In this document: one piece after another, positions 28,014-40,466 of the stretch | Position numbering within the stretch: the stretch's first letter is position 1 | How the letters are laid out: every line of letters begins with the position of its first letter | Assembly (NCBI RefSeq): GCF_001949145.1 | Contig: NW_019091356.1 | Coordinates: forward strand, 4,074,934 to 4,138,933 | From: Acanthaster planci | Lineage: Eukaryota | Direction: 5' to 3' | Length of the DNA stretch: 64,000 bases | Notes under the pieces: model-generated | The model's database searches: none | The model's input: the letters and a program-made list of their open reading frames with translations, nothing else | What the model was told of the DNA's origin: nothing | Program-made: the position numbers and the translations under genes

Positions 28014-31000
28014 GTAAGTATGATATCTACAGGAATAATATGTATCAAAACGAATCTCCTGGGATTGGGTCAATGCAGTGGATACACAAAAATAATCTTT
28101 TTAACTGAAAAAAAAATGAAAAGTGAAAAGACTCCAAGCTCTCCGTTTGCTGGTACAACGTGCCCAGCGATAGCTAGATGTGTTATTAATAAATGTACAT
28201 ATACAATGTGCAGACGAGCAGGGGAAATTGTGCCTTAAGATGTTATGCCAAATCAAACAATAAGCCACTGCAATGGTCTACCTGCAAAGTACAGAGAATT
28301 AATAAATCTGCTAGGCTTTGCTCATTCACACCTTGTACATGTACATTTATTAATAATACATGTGGCTATCGCTGTTTGGGTCGTATCAGCAAATGGGGAG
28401 CGTGAGGCGTGTTTAGAAAATCCCCTCCACCCTTTTCCAATTTACCGTCTAGAGACTGACAATACAAATTTCCAAGGTTAACGCTTAAGAAAACAAAACT
28501 GATTTTGTGCGTTTTTTTATTTAGAGTGACGGAAGTGCAAAAACAGTGTTGGTTATGTCAGCTGGTATCAATGTCAATGTTTACATTGCTGTATTACTAA
28601 CATTCAACGACTCTAACCTTTATGGGAAATCATGCAGGATCACTTAAACAGTCTTCCATAAGTAGGACTTTTATATGTTGGTAAAAAACAACACAATGAA
28701 ATCAGATTTGCGTTGGGGTCATTGTGAGCACACCCAAAATGTCACCAATAAATAACTCACAATTTTGAAGTTAAAGTTGCTCATTATAATATCGTTCGTG
28801 TGCTCTGTATACTGATTAACTCAACTACATACCTTGGAACGTATCTGAGGAATTCAGCAAACCTTTGTTGACATATCTTTCAAAGTATTTAAATTCCGTA
28901 CATCGCAAGGTGCAAAGGCAACAAACTATAAGCGTTTTGTATTTAAATTTTCTCTTTTAAATTTAAGATTAACACAAAATATTAAATGTTGTAAATAACA
29001 TATCCTGCTTCGCGTGCATATTCAAATTACATTAAAGAAACAATACATGTACCACATGTTACCAAATACAACACCACAGTATCACGGCTATAATGTGAAG
29101 TTGCAAGAGAATGCACAATGATACCTTGAATTCCAGACTATTGGTGCAATTACACAGTCTTGATCTCACACGTGATACAATAAAATATTGGTAGTCTTAA
29201 GCCTACTGTGCGTTGATAATGTTACACTATAAACAGTTGATTCTATTTACAATAATATTTGAGCCAAAACATAAAATACATGGACAGTAATTGTTAATGT
29301 GTGTCCTTATTTATTAATTTTTCCATTTCTTTACGCAGGGTATGCCCAAACAGTTACAAACTGGTTTCCATTTGGGTCCTGCGATCATTACAAATTAATG
29401 GTTAGAAACTCACAACGAAAGGTAAAATTGACGAATACGACAACATCAATATTTACAAATACAGACCACTAAAATATCAAACACATATGAACATTTAAAT
29501 AATCAAGGCATTAATTAAATAATGATCACGGGATGGGCGAAAACCTGGGGAAAATACCCATGACAAAAAGACCACAAACAAATTCCTGATCCAGCTCCAA
29601 TGAACATTGGCAACCAAGTTAACAACATAGATCAGCATTTTGGACTACACGGCACTGGTCATGGCTTTCCGTAGTTCTGATTTGAATGTCCCTAAGGAGT
29701 CTTTACTTCTGAGTTGCTCTGGCAAATTATTCCATACTTTTGCACCTCTCGCCACAAAACTTTAAGCGTAGCATTCTTTTTGGCTAAAGGGACTTTAAGT
29801 GCCTTGTTAACTGAGTATCTTGTTTCACAAATCTGTGTGAATGGCATAAACAGATTTGTCATATACATAGGAACCTATTTGTTTAGACATTTAAAAACAA
29901 GAACAGTCTTTTTAGATCTAATAATAACTGCGAAATTGTGTGATCGATAAAAATGTCAAGTGAGGAATTGCACGGTGTTGTTGAACTCTTGAAAAATGAG
30001 ATGATTTTTCATGTTAACGAAAACAAAATTTCGAACTGCGCGTGGACGATCACGAACGTTAATACGAATTCAAGCGTTATGTTGTAAATGATACTGGCTA
30101 GCCAACTTGCCTATTTTGAGGTACGCCACACGGTTGTTGAAACTACAGAGTACCGTCACATGACATGCTTTAATAAGTTAGTAAATATGTGCATGGCCGG
30201 TCTCAAACTAGACCGGCTCAGGAGACTGAACGCCGATAATGCCCGAGCCGGTGCGTCCATTCTCATGAGCCTCCCTTAAACGCATATTTTAGCACATATT
30301 TATTCCCATTCATAAATACCTTTTTTTCAGAGAATCCAAAGAAGTCAAAATAAGATAGACTTCCAGCGATGTTGTTCCAGAGTAATATTTTACTGTCATT
30401 TTCCCTAACACCCCCGTCCACTTTATGGAGAACTCCTTGTGAAAGTTGCCGAATTGGCTCGCGCGTGGCAAGCCGCGTGCAGACGTGTTTGAATCTGTCA
30501 GGTTTTGAGAAACACATAATGATCAGCCATTTTGCTCCCTAAAATCTGAAGCTGGCGCAACTCTATACGCAGCTCTGGATAGAATAACTGAACAGCGACC
30601 TCTAGCAAGCACTGGCACAAGGTACTCCTATCACAAGGACCGTAACAGTTTGACAAAACAAGTCGCCGTTTTGGCGCTAGAATGAAAAAAGTAAAAAGAA
30701 TACCAATATCTTTTAACTGTGAATTACCTGTGTGTACCACCAGCAGTAATGCAATCTATGTAAGTTTAATTATTATGGAGGCTACCCTATAGACAATGTG
30801 AAGTACATAATAAAATGTGAATTTCTACTTGCAAACTCGACTTCAGAATGTAATACATGTACTTGTATGATACTTGTAAAAAATCTCGTTGGAGCTCGCC
30901 TCATACACCACCGAAATACAAAATAGACCGTACCAACGTGTATGCATATAGAGCTACAGTGAACTTGGCTGTATAAATGGATCTTTGTGATCTGTCGCCA

Positions 31001-31316
31001 TGCAGTAATCAAGCTAAAAAAAAACGTACCGTGTGCACACGAGTATTTATTTAAATCAAACGACGATAGGTCAAAGATCTTCCTGCCACTGAATATATTC
31101 GGTGTACACTTAATTCTTTCATAATAAATACCTGGCCCTAGCTAATTCTCACTATTTGTTGCAATTACTATCATTGCTCTGTAATGCTCACAGTTAGCAC
31201 ACCAAGATTTCCTTTGGTGACAAATGTCGCCTTTACTGTGTTTTTAATGTTCTCATTGGTACTACTTACAAGGCTACGTAGAGTTCCGAAGTTCTGCTCG
31301 TTTGTGGGTAAATGTA

Positions 31317-32399
31317 TCACTTATTTTGGTGACCTTGCAATTGGATCTTCTTACCAGGATGTTGAGGAATGTCTTTCCATTTGAAACGGACCATGTAGGC
31401 GAAAGCTTCTTTAAAATCTGGGTGAGATGTGGCGTACAAGATGGGATTGATACAGGTGTTACAGTACACGATTAGACCAGCATAGGGTGCCATGTGATAG
31501 ATCCACCCCTGTCCCACTTGGATTAAATAGGGGCCAGTGATTAGAATGACGAAGAATGTAGCCAGACAGATAACGTAGGCTAAGACGATGTAGACGAGAT
31601 TTTTGGTGACCGCAATCTGCCTCTTCCAAAGCTTCTTGCGCATTGCACGACCAGCTCCGCTCACCGCACCGGAGACGCTCGGTGTGTCTTAGCGGGCCAT
31701 ATGACTGGATGTCTTGAGCACGTACCGGAAAATCGAGATGTAGCACATGGCGATGACGATGAACTGGAGGGGGAAATAGAAAACAACGCCCAAAATGTTC
31801 TGGATGTGGGAATAGGGATTTGTAATAACCCAGGAACAAGTGCTATAGAAAGGTTCGTAGCCGAGCTCGCCGAATCCGATAGCTGTTGGCAGTATCGTGC
31901 AACAGACAGGCATGACCCAGGAGAATGCGATCATGCAGGCGATGTTACAACGGATGTAGATGCGGCGTGCCAACCCCCTTGATTTGGTGACACCAATCCA
32001 CCTGTTCAGGGCTATCAGAGCCAAAGTATTGATGCTACAGCCATTACCAATAATCACTGCTGCACTGGTAACAACACAGAGCCAGTAAGCTTGGGGTAGA
32101 GGCCAGCCGCCCTCGCTCAACACACTCACCGCCTCCCAAGGCAGAAAGATACAGGAGAGTAAATCACTAACGCTAAGGCTAATCACAAACACGTTGGTGA
32201 CTGTACGGAGTTTCTTGGACAGTGGCACGGCAATGATGACGAAAGTGTTACCGATAAGTCCGATGATGGCGACCGAAACAAACAAAGCTGCAAGTATTTG
32301 TCTCACAAAGTAATCCTTAAACACGGCAAATGGTTCCTGCATGGTATCTTTACTCGCTCCAGTCGAATCATTCTGCCCATGAGATGTTGAGGTGTCCAA
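31317..32399 (-). pseudogene. Intronless rhodopsin-class GPCR (melatonin/moody-like) interrupted by one in-frame stop; nested in BTB-gene intron
   Basis: ORFs 31689..32399 and 31317..31664 are in the same frame, separated by TAA at 31689-31691 where the paralog has CAA (Gln). Motifs GN (TM1), SLSVSDL (TM2), IALNRW (TM3), NPILY (TM7). The ORF opens on TTG; the first ATG is at 32342. Confidence 0.85.
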
Positions 32400-34182
32400 G
32401 TTCGATAAGAATGACTATCGTAGAATTACGTCCTGGCCAGATAAAGCCTCAACTTCGTTAAAAATGATCTTTTTCTTGCGTAAATGAGCTGGTTATCAGG
32501 ACGTCCGTATGGTTACGTCTATGGCTCTTATTTCCGACCAACCCTTATTTTTGCTCTAACCGAGGAAAAACACTTTTTTATGCCACCGACCTTGTGTGGA
32601 ATTCACTACCCAGAAAAATATGAAAAAAAGTTGAAGAACATCCGGGATCAAGCAAGTAATGCTTTTACCCCCTTGTTTCCTGCGACAGACCGACCCTCCC
32701 TCCAAATCGAAATGTACATGAACCAGAGGAACAACTACGGACGCCCCAATGCATGCAGTCCAGGGAACCTTCAGGAAGAGTAGGCAGAGAGTATTAAAAC
32801 ACCAGATCGTCTGGGTCTGCTGCTACACAGTGTCTACCGCAAGAGGTCGCTAGAAGAAGGGGATGGAGCGGTATACAGTGACAATGTATCATAGGCGTAA
32901 TGTATTCATCTGTCGAGGCTAAACCATGTCAAAATAAAGGAACAGTTGGTGGCTTCTTTGCATAAATGAATAACTTTTTCCTCTTCGAGAACGTTTCGTG
33001 TCTATGATTAAGGAAAAGCGTAAGTACGTGTACATATGTTTTAATGAAATAAAAATACGTACACATGTATTTATAGAATGTTCCCCCACTACAGTGCCAA
33101 AACACTACCACAGCATGCACGTTGCAATCAGGTCTATTTTTTCTCCTGTTACGACATTGTACGTTGAACACAACCAGGTACATGTACATGTTCAACAAAT
33201 GCCTTTGTCACACTATAGAGCAAGGATCAGACTGACACAGAGTTGTAGAGTTTGGCAGTAATTTGATACACGCATTGATCCAATCGCATTTGTTGCTGTG
33301 TGCAGCGCCTGAAGTGCATTGACGTCCATCACCATTAAAATGCAATGTGGATGTGGGCGTGGGAGAACCCGACGGGAAAAGGGAGCTTTTTTCTTTGAGC
33401 GGAAGGCCGGAACAAAGCCTAATCACTCCACTATCATACGACCCTGTCACAGGCAAAATTGTTGCCATTATGGTATTAATTTAGGGTAATTATGTTTGAC
33501 TTGGTGTTCTCTAGGAGGTTTTGTGATGAATATGTTGAAAGCTGTCAATTTGCTTTTCCCTTAGTTGAAATACACGCCTGATGTGAAAGGAAATTTAAAT
33601 TATAAGAAAAGTGACGACCACGGCACCAGACCTTGACATGATAATGAAGTCGTGGTTAGCGCGATATGAGGCTGATGTGACGCATATTTGCTTTTTTTCT
33701 GATTGGCTCACAGCCATATTGCAGTCACAAAAGTAAATAGCTACAGTGCTGCACTGGAGTTGGCCTTGCTCTAGCCCAGCGAACAAACGATAAGCAACAT
33801 ATTCTATAGCATACTGCTGCGCCTTAGGTATTCCTCACTATATGAGTATAAACATCCACGTCTGCTCACTTTTACATGAATAACACAAGAAAAAATGAAG
33901 AATTCAGTTCACTGAAAGATATCTCATTTTCAACACTTCTTTTTTATAGCTCTAAGGTCGTGCAATGCTTCACTTACCAATGTGACCTTATTCGTTACAA
34001 ATATAATTGGCATATATGTTATCAGCCTAATCCCCCTTCAGCTTTTGTGCACGTCCTAGCTGTAAATGAACACCTTAATTTCCATAACCTCTTCTACAGC
34101 AACACACCCCTGCAGCCACACTGAATAACGAGATGAATTTCTTGAAGTCATCATCCGCCGAATGCATGGCGTTACTTTGGAT

Positions 34183-35241
34183 TCATTTGTTTTGGTTTCT
34201 CGTATTGAGCTGGAGAGACTGTGCGCGGCTTTGGGGTTTCGTTGTGCACTGACAACGAACCATGAATCCAAAGGCTTCCTTGAAGTCAGGGTGAGATGTG
34301 GCATAGATGATAGGATTGACACAGCTGTTGAAGAAGAGGATCGCCCCGGCGTAGGGAGTCAGTCGGATGCTCCACTCGTATCCTAGAGGGATGACAGACA
34401 CGGCAAACGGCGTGATGCAGATGACGTAGGCCAAAACGATGTAGACGAGATTCTTAGTGACCGCAATCTGCCTCTTCCAAAGCTTCTTGCGCATTGCACG
34501 ATCAGCTCCGCTCACCGCATCGGAGACGCTCGGTATGTCTTGACGGGCCAGACGGCGGGATGTCTTGAGCACGTACCGGAAAATCGAGATGTAGCAAAGC
34601 GAAATAACAGCAAGAGGGGCCGGAAAAAAGAAAACGATGATTAAAATGTTATGCAGAAGCGAATATTCATTGCCTTTCACCCAGGAGCAAACGCTGTACA
34701 GTGGTTCGTAGCCAATTTCACCAATGCCAAGTAAGGGTAACATAATGGATAAAACGAAGGGTACAGCCCAAGACAAAGCTATCATACAGGCGATGTTACG
34801 GCTGGTGTAAATGCGGCGAGTTGTCGCAGCGGATTTTGTGATGCCGATCCACCTATTCAGCGCTATGAGAGCCAAGTTGGTGACACTGCAACAGATGCTG
34901 AGACAAAATACCGCACTGGTGACAACACAGAGCCAGTAGGCTTGTGGAAGTGGCCAGCCGTCTTCGCTTAGTACGCTTACTGCCTGCCATGGCAGAAACG
35001 TGCAAGCCATCAAGTCACTCACGCTGAGGTTGACGATAAAGACATTGGTTACAGTGCGGAGTTTCTTGGAGAGCGGAACAGCACAGATGACCAAGGTGTT
35101 ACCGACAACGCCGAAGACGGACGATACGATGCACAAAGTGGCTAGAATAACCCTCATATAATAATACTTATACACCTTAAATGGTTCCTCTGTACTGTTG
35201 ATACTTGGAAGGATCGAGATAACAGTTGTTGAATTCTCCAT
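34183..35241 (-). CDS. Intronless rhodopsin-class GPCR (melatonin receptor/moody/Tre1-like), 352 aa; nested in BTB-gene intron
   Basis: Starts MENSTT (N-glycosylation sequons), 7 hydrophobic segments, GN, NLSVSDL, TM3 Cys, IALNRW in place of DRY, ECL2 YEPLYSVCSW, NPIIY. Confidence 0.92.
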   Translation of the reverse strand: MENSTTVISILPSINSTEEPFKVYKYYYMRVILATLCIVSSVFGVVGNTLVICAVPLSKKLRTVTNVFIVNLSVSDLMACTFLPWQAVSVLSEDGWPLPQAYWLCVVTSAVFCLSICCSVTNLALIALNRWIGITKSAATTRRIYTSRNIACMIALSWAVPFVLSIMLPLLGIGEIGYEPLYSVCSWVKGNEYSLLHNILIIVFFFPAPLAVISLCYISIFRYVLKTSRRLARQDIPSVSDAVSGADRAMRKKLWKRQIAVTKNLVYIVLAYVICITPFAVSVIPLGYEWSIRLTPYAGAILFFNSCVNPIIYATSHPDFKEAFGFMVRCQCTTKPQSRAQSLQLNTRNQNK

Positions 35242-38200
35242 ACTAGGTGCCGAAATCACAGTGAAAAATGGGTCTTCGGTTTCTTTTTAAATACGATAAA
35301 CTTTGTGTCGGCAATGGTGCTGAAGAAAGCCACCTGGTCGCCTGTGCCCCTATATCAAAACCCAGCTCTTACATACTTTGATGTCTGCCACGCTCTCTTG
35401 CCTGCTGCCGGTCGCTGTGAAGACTGGTAGAAGCCGCCTTATATTCAAGGTTGTGGATTGGTGTTTGCAACTGGCGGAGTGATACAAAATTAAATTTCTC
35501 AAAGGGGCAGGGCTATAACAAAACCTACGGCCGTGGATAATTTGAAAAGCGGAAATGGAGGTGGAGGCTGGTTGCCTTCAGGTTGTTGAGCGCACTGTTT
35601 ATGTTGTATATTAATCATTGTTCACGTGCAAAGTTGACGCGTTAAGAGCCTTCTGAAAAGCTTTTTGGAGTGACAGGTGCAGTTTTGCATTCACTTATTG
35701 GAGTTTGGCCTCTCCTGTCACATTTCCTTCGCTTTTCTATCCCTTTCGCAACAAAATGAGTGCGATTATAATAATTCCACCGGATCTAGCCAAAGCTTAA
35801 TCAGTTGCCTTCTTGATAAATGCCAAAGATTCTCATATTTGTAGTCATTAGCAGAAAGATCTTCATTTTGTCCACTTTCCTGGAAGGTTCCTCGATGAAA
35901 ACTGACACTGACAGCTCTGTTATTTTCAAGACCAACGAACAGGCGTTCCTCAATTCAAACGAATTTGATCAAACGTGATCACGGCGATTTCTGTTCGGGG
36001 GGTGAGGTTTGATAATTTCAGTTTCAGAGCACAAACCCCTTACCTCTACAGACATTGAAAAAGAGGAGCAAGGTTTGATCATTCACAACTAATCTATTTT
36101 GGTAGGATAGCCCCGGCCGTTGAGCTTCGCTATTGGTGATTACTGCTCATGTGCACTATACGATACTCGTTTACATAGTACAGTTTACTAATCGTGCTCC
36201 ATGATTGAGGAGCTATGTTCAGTATAACAAAACATAACCGATTTACTCTCATGTGAAGATTTTAAACTGTTGTATGTTTACCTGGCTTGCGCACCTTGAC
36301 ATTTCATTAGACGTCTCGACTGACGCAGTCGAAACGCCTGAGCTTGAAACGATGGACACATGATAATCAAATCACACTTTATTTGCTCTATGCGGAGCGT
36401 CAACAGTGGTAGAGGTGATCATCATGAGTGCAATTTTTTTCGAGCGGGAGGGACAGTAACATTGCTTTTTTTCATTACAGAGCATCCATTTCCGTACCAA
36501 TTTTTAATGGCGATTGACATGGTGCAATGGTCGAGTTGTATGATTGTTTCCAAGGCTGGGTGGTGAGACGATGCATCGTCTCAAGTTTTCCCTGCTTTAC
36601 TTTCTTACTTTTTGTAAAATGAAATTGATTGCGAAGGGGACGAGGCGTTGGACTATGTATAGACTCGTGATTGCTTTTATTTTATCTGCCGCCTAATTTT
36701 GTGAGCACCAGAGAGAACTAGTACTTGAACATCGCACTGGGGCAGATATAATTAGCCCCGCCCACCATGTCAACGACGTGCATCCCTATTGGCAAATGAC
36801 TCAACGCTCTCTATGCAACCCTGGAGCATGAATGTAACAACACTGGCAGGAATATGGCTCCTTGTGTTGGTGAATATGGAACTCATTTTTAATTGGATTC
36901 GCTGACAGACTTACCAAGACCATAAAACACAGATACAAACCAGTTGTGAGGTTTACCCGTTATAACGGCAATGCTCTTCACGGCAAACTGAAGCCAGTAA
37001 ATATTATTTTAACCATCGGAAAAGATAGTTCTACAACAAACCTCTTTTTGAGCATTTGGACGTTCCACTCTAGGCATACTGACACAAAAGTCTGAGAAAA
37101 GTAAGTGATATCCTGTTGCAACGTTACAACATGGAGAGAAATGTTAGACTTGGAACCCTTTTACCAGCAAGCGTTAATTCGGAGCGGTTCATGCAATCGC
37201 AGGCTGGTCGATACCCTGTGCTCATAGGGAAAGAACACAACTTTACGGTTTGTATAAGAGTAACAGTCGAACTCAGATAGTCACGCAGAAATTATTTATT
37301 TATACTCCTAATGTCGACGAAGACGTCTCAGAATAAACTGTCTTACTCTTAGTGAAAGGGGATACAGACATGCACATGTATTAGTTTTCTCCAATAGTTA
37401 GCTATAGGTTTAGAACCGTTATACCGTTAAAACGGCACTTCACAAGAGAAACGTACTATAAGAATAAAGGAACATATACATCACAACAAAGAAAAAGCTC
37501 CACATTTTTAATGAAGTCCTGCGAATATGGATCTCGACAGTTTTCTTGAAAGCTGCTGGTGATACTCAGGAAATGTTTTTTGAATCTGCGTGAATTTAAT
37601 TGGCAGCTTTTGTCGATGACGGAATATTGTGCGACAGAAGCCGACAACACTCTCTGCTTCTTTCGATCCTATAAGGCAATTCAAGAGAATATTCAGTTCT
37701 CCAGTTTGCCTTGTCTGTCTCTCATTGATTTCGCATAAATGCATGCTTTCACATCACAAGGTTAAATATGGCTAAAACATCAGATGTCTGCGCTGACATC
37801 AAACAGACCGCGCTCCAGTTTGCGTCAGCAAAGTTTAGCAAGATTGACTTTTGTGATTTGGCTGTTTGAAAGTCGTGACAGCTGAGATGCGTTTATTTGC
37901 TTTGATGATATATACCGGTATACAACACTGTCTGAATCAGTTAAAAACCAAAACAAAATGAACGTGACAACATAAAAAGAAAACGAACCCCTCCAAGTTC
38001 GATTTGTCGTCAAATCATCTTCGAATTAATTTGAAGATTAAAGCCTGTAACACATCGTTTGATTACTCAGTACACAATATCGATTTGTATATGAAATCAA
38101 TAAAAGCAAAAGCAGACCTGATGCCAAGAGCAATGCCTATGTAAATAGCAATTGAAATTACAAAGAAGCACTTCAATGCCACAAACACTACATGCACTAG

Positions 38201-39306
38201 CAACAGAAATTGGGAAAATTTACTGTTGTGAATACTAATATCAAGGCTAAGTACCAGAAGCAATATACCGACACCAACAGCCAAAACATTGAAATTAAAC
38301 AGTCCGAAAGAAGATAACATACGTGTTTGAATATAAAAAATCTCAGTTCTCAGGTAGGCGTGATGGGCTGATTACATTGGAGGGATAATTACAAAAGCAA
38401 AGGTGTGCACCGAAGCTAAAGTAAGGAGTACGCTCTGGTCAACGCACTGCTTAAATTGCTTCACGAACGAAGAATTTGTTTGCAACGATTTCACTCAATG
38501 ACGCCAATCGAACATCCGTGCACATTGCGTGTTAAATATTAACGTTAATGGCCATTACAGCCCTCCTCGGAATGGGTGATAAGCATAAGTTAAGTGCGAC
38601 AAAATTTGATCAGTGCACGATGAATTGCGCAGAAAACTCGTCTAAATGATGATTTAAGGGTGAGAATTCACGTTTAATTTGATAAACGTTTAGTAAAACT
38701 TTAACTCACCGTTTCAACGTATAGCTAACACTTCATATGGCCTGCCATCGCCTACCCTGGCGTGTACATAATGCGTACAGTTACAAACAATACACTTTTT
38801 TACCGAGATGTATAAATGCAAGGAATAGAACCATTCATTTGGCAAAGAGATAATCAGCGTTACAGATGGCCGACAAAAAACTCCCACAAACCATCACAAA
38901 CTTGTGACCTAGGGCTGAAACCAAATAGATACTTTTATACAATCGAGAGATATACTTCTTCCATTGGAATAACATTGCTTTGTTCCATCAATACACTTAT
39001 TATGACGGAAAACGCGCGGCTTTGTCAGGGAGCCATGACGTGAAGAGGTAAACGTAACAGTTGGCACGACCCACTGTGCACTGATTTATTACTCAGTTCA
39101 AAGCCTTCATCATTCTGCAAAGCTGCTCTTATAATGTACCTCGCTGGCTTGACTAAGACGATGAAAGTATAGGGTCTGAATGTCTTTGCAAAGGAATGAT
39201 ACTCTCAACTGTTTTGGGAGATGTACTTATATCCTTAATAGTAAGAGTTAAAAATTTGCTATCCATGAAATCATTAAACCCATGAATCATCTTATTTTCT
39301 TTTCAG

Positions 39307-39464
39307 GTTTGATGAATGCTGCCGATTATTACGGCTTGGATGAGCTACGGCGAACATGTGTGGAGTACATGCACGGCTGTCTTGATCTAAGCACCGTGTG
39401 CCTGCTGCTTGCCTCTGCCGAGAAATACATCCAGTACAAGGCCACCAAGACTCTGGTTCAAAGG
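39307..39464 (+). CDS. gprs: BTB-BACK serine-enriched protein, exon (BTB end / BACK start)
   Basis: Acceptor ttttcttttcAG, donor GTaggt. GLMNAADYYGLDELRRTCVEYMHGCLDLSTVCLLLASAEKYIQYKATKTLVQR. Confidence 0.92.
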
Positions 39465-39575
39465 GTAGGTACCTTAGCCTGAAGGTGAGGTACAATGATA
39501 GAACTCGATGGTTTTATGACTAGCACAGAGACGAAGCAACAAACTTAACTAGTCTTCTATCTTTGGTCTGTTCAG

Positions 39576-40466
39576 GCTCTGGAATTTGTGGACGAACACG
39601 GTGAAGATGTTCTTGGTTTTCCAGCCTTCCTGAAACTCCCCCAGCACGTGGTCCGGCTTGTCCTGTCGAGAGATGAACTGCAGGCGGACGAGCTTACCAA
39701 ATTCCGCGCCGCTCTCGCCTGGAGCACCTTGCACTTTCGCAACACCCCCGGTACCTCCATCAAAGGCGCCATGTCGCCCTTCATAGACACGATAGCGTTC
39801 CATCTTATCCCAGCCTCAGATCTCATGCAGGAGGTGAGAGACTCTGGAGTGGTGCCGGACCACAAGATCATGACCGCTCTGGCCTTTCAGGCCGACCCAG
39901 GCAGCGTGGATGCTCGGTCGCTCTCCGCGACGCCCAACCGCGTGCGGCTCTCCATGCTGAGTCTCTCCCTTGACGATCGCTCATCAACAGCAGGAGATAC
40001 ACAGAGCGCCGCCGAAACGGAACGAACAGAACTATCAGATGACGAGGCTCCAGAATACAATCGGAGCAACAGTGGATCACTAGCTATGTCGCCGGAGTTT
40101 CGGCGACTCAGTACTGTTGACTCAGATGATGGCCAGAGCGGGAATCGAACCGATCAGATGTTGGAAACAGGGTTGGAAGACGCTGGGATAATCCACTCCC
40201 ATCACTGTGACAATGACCCACACGCGATATGCGAAAATGTTCCAGATAATCACAGCTATCACTTCAAATCAAATCTCGAGCGCCCTCACTCAGCCGACGA
40301 ACTTTCTACCGCAAACTCGCTGAGCAATTTCGATTCTCTGTCAATGTCAACGAGTTCCGACGTCACTGATAGTAGCAGTGCTGGTGGGAGCTTTGGAAGG
40401 GCAGACCAGAAAAGTTCAGTTCACTCCATGGGGACTAAATCACCAATCCCTGGCACTCCTTTCTGA
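39576..40466 (+). CDS. gprs: BTB-BACK serine-enriched protein, last coding exon (BACK domain plus Ser-rich tail)
   Basis: Acceptor tctgttcAG, phase 0. ALEFVDEHGEDVLGFPAFLKLPQHVVRLVLSRDELQADELTKFRAALAWS (BACK) followed by a long S/D-rich tail to TGA. Spliced product is 676 aa from ATG 17314. Confidence 0.92.
   Translation, partial: ALEFVDEHGEDVLGFPAFLKLPQHVVRLVLSRDELQADELTKFRAALAWSTLHFRNTPGTSIKGAMSPFIDTIAFHLIPASDLMQEVRDSGVVPDHKIMTALAFQADPGSVDARSLSATPNRVRLSMLSLSLDDRSSTAGDTQSAAETERTELSDDEAPEYNRSNSGSLAMSPEFRRLSTVDSDDGQSGNRTDQMLETGLEDAGIIHSHHCDNDPHAICENVPDNHSYHFKSNLERPHSADELSTANSLSNFDSLSMSTSSDVTDSSSAGGSFGRADQKSSVHSMGTKSPIPGTPF

Noticed and set aside
36310..36345. cgactgacgcagtcgaaacg hairpin as a hammerhead ribozyme
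   Set aside because: Core reads CUGACGC, not CUGANGA, and stems I and III cannot be built. Other CTGATGA sites checked also lacked a stem II followed by GAAA.
38063..38320. Hydrophobic 85-aa minus-strand ORF (and 37825-38013) as a third nested GPCR relic
   Set aside because: No GN, LxxxD, D/NRY or NPxxY motifs and no alignment to the neighbouring receptors. T-rich strand composition explains the hydrophobicity.
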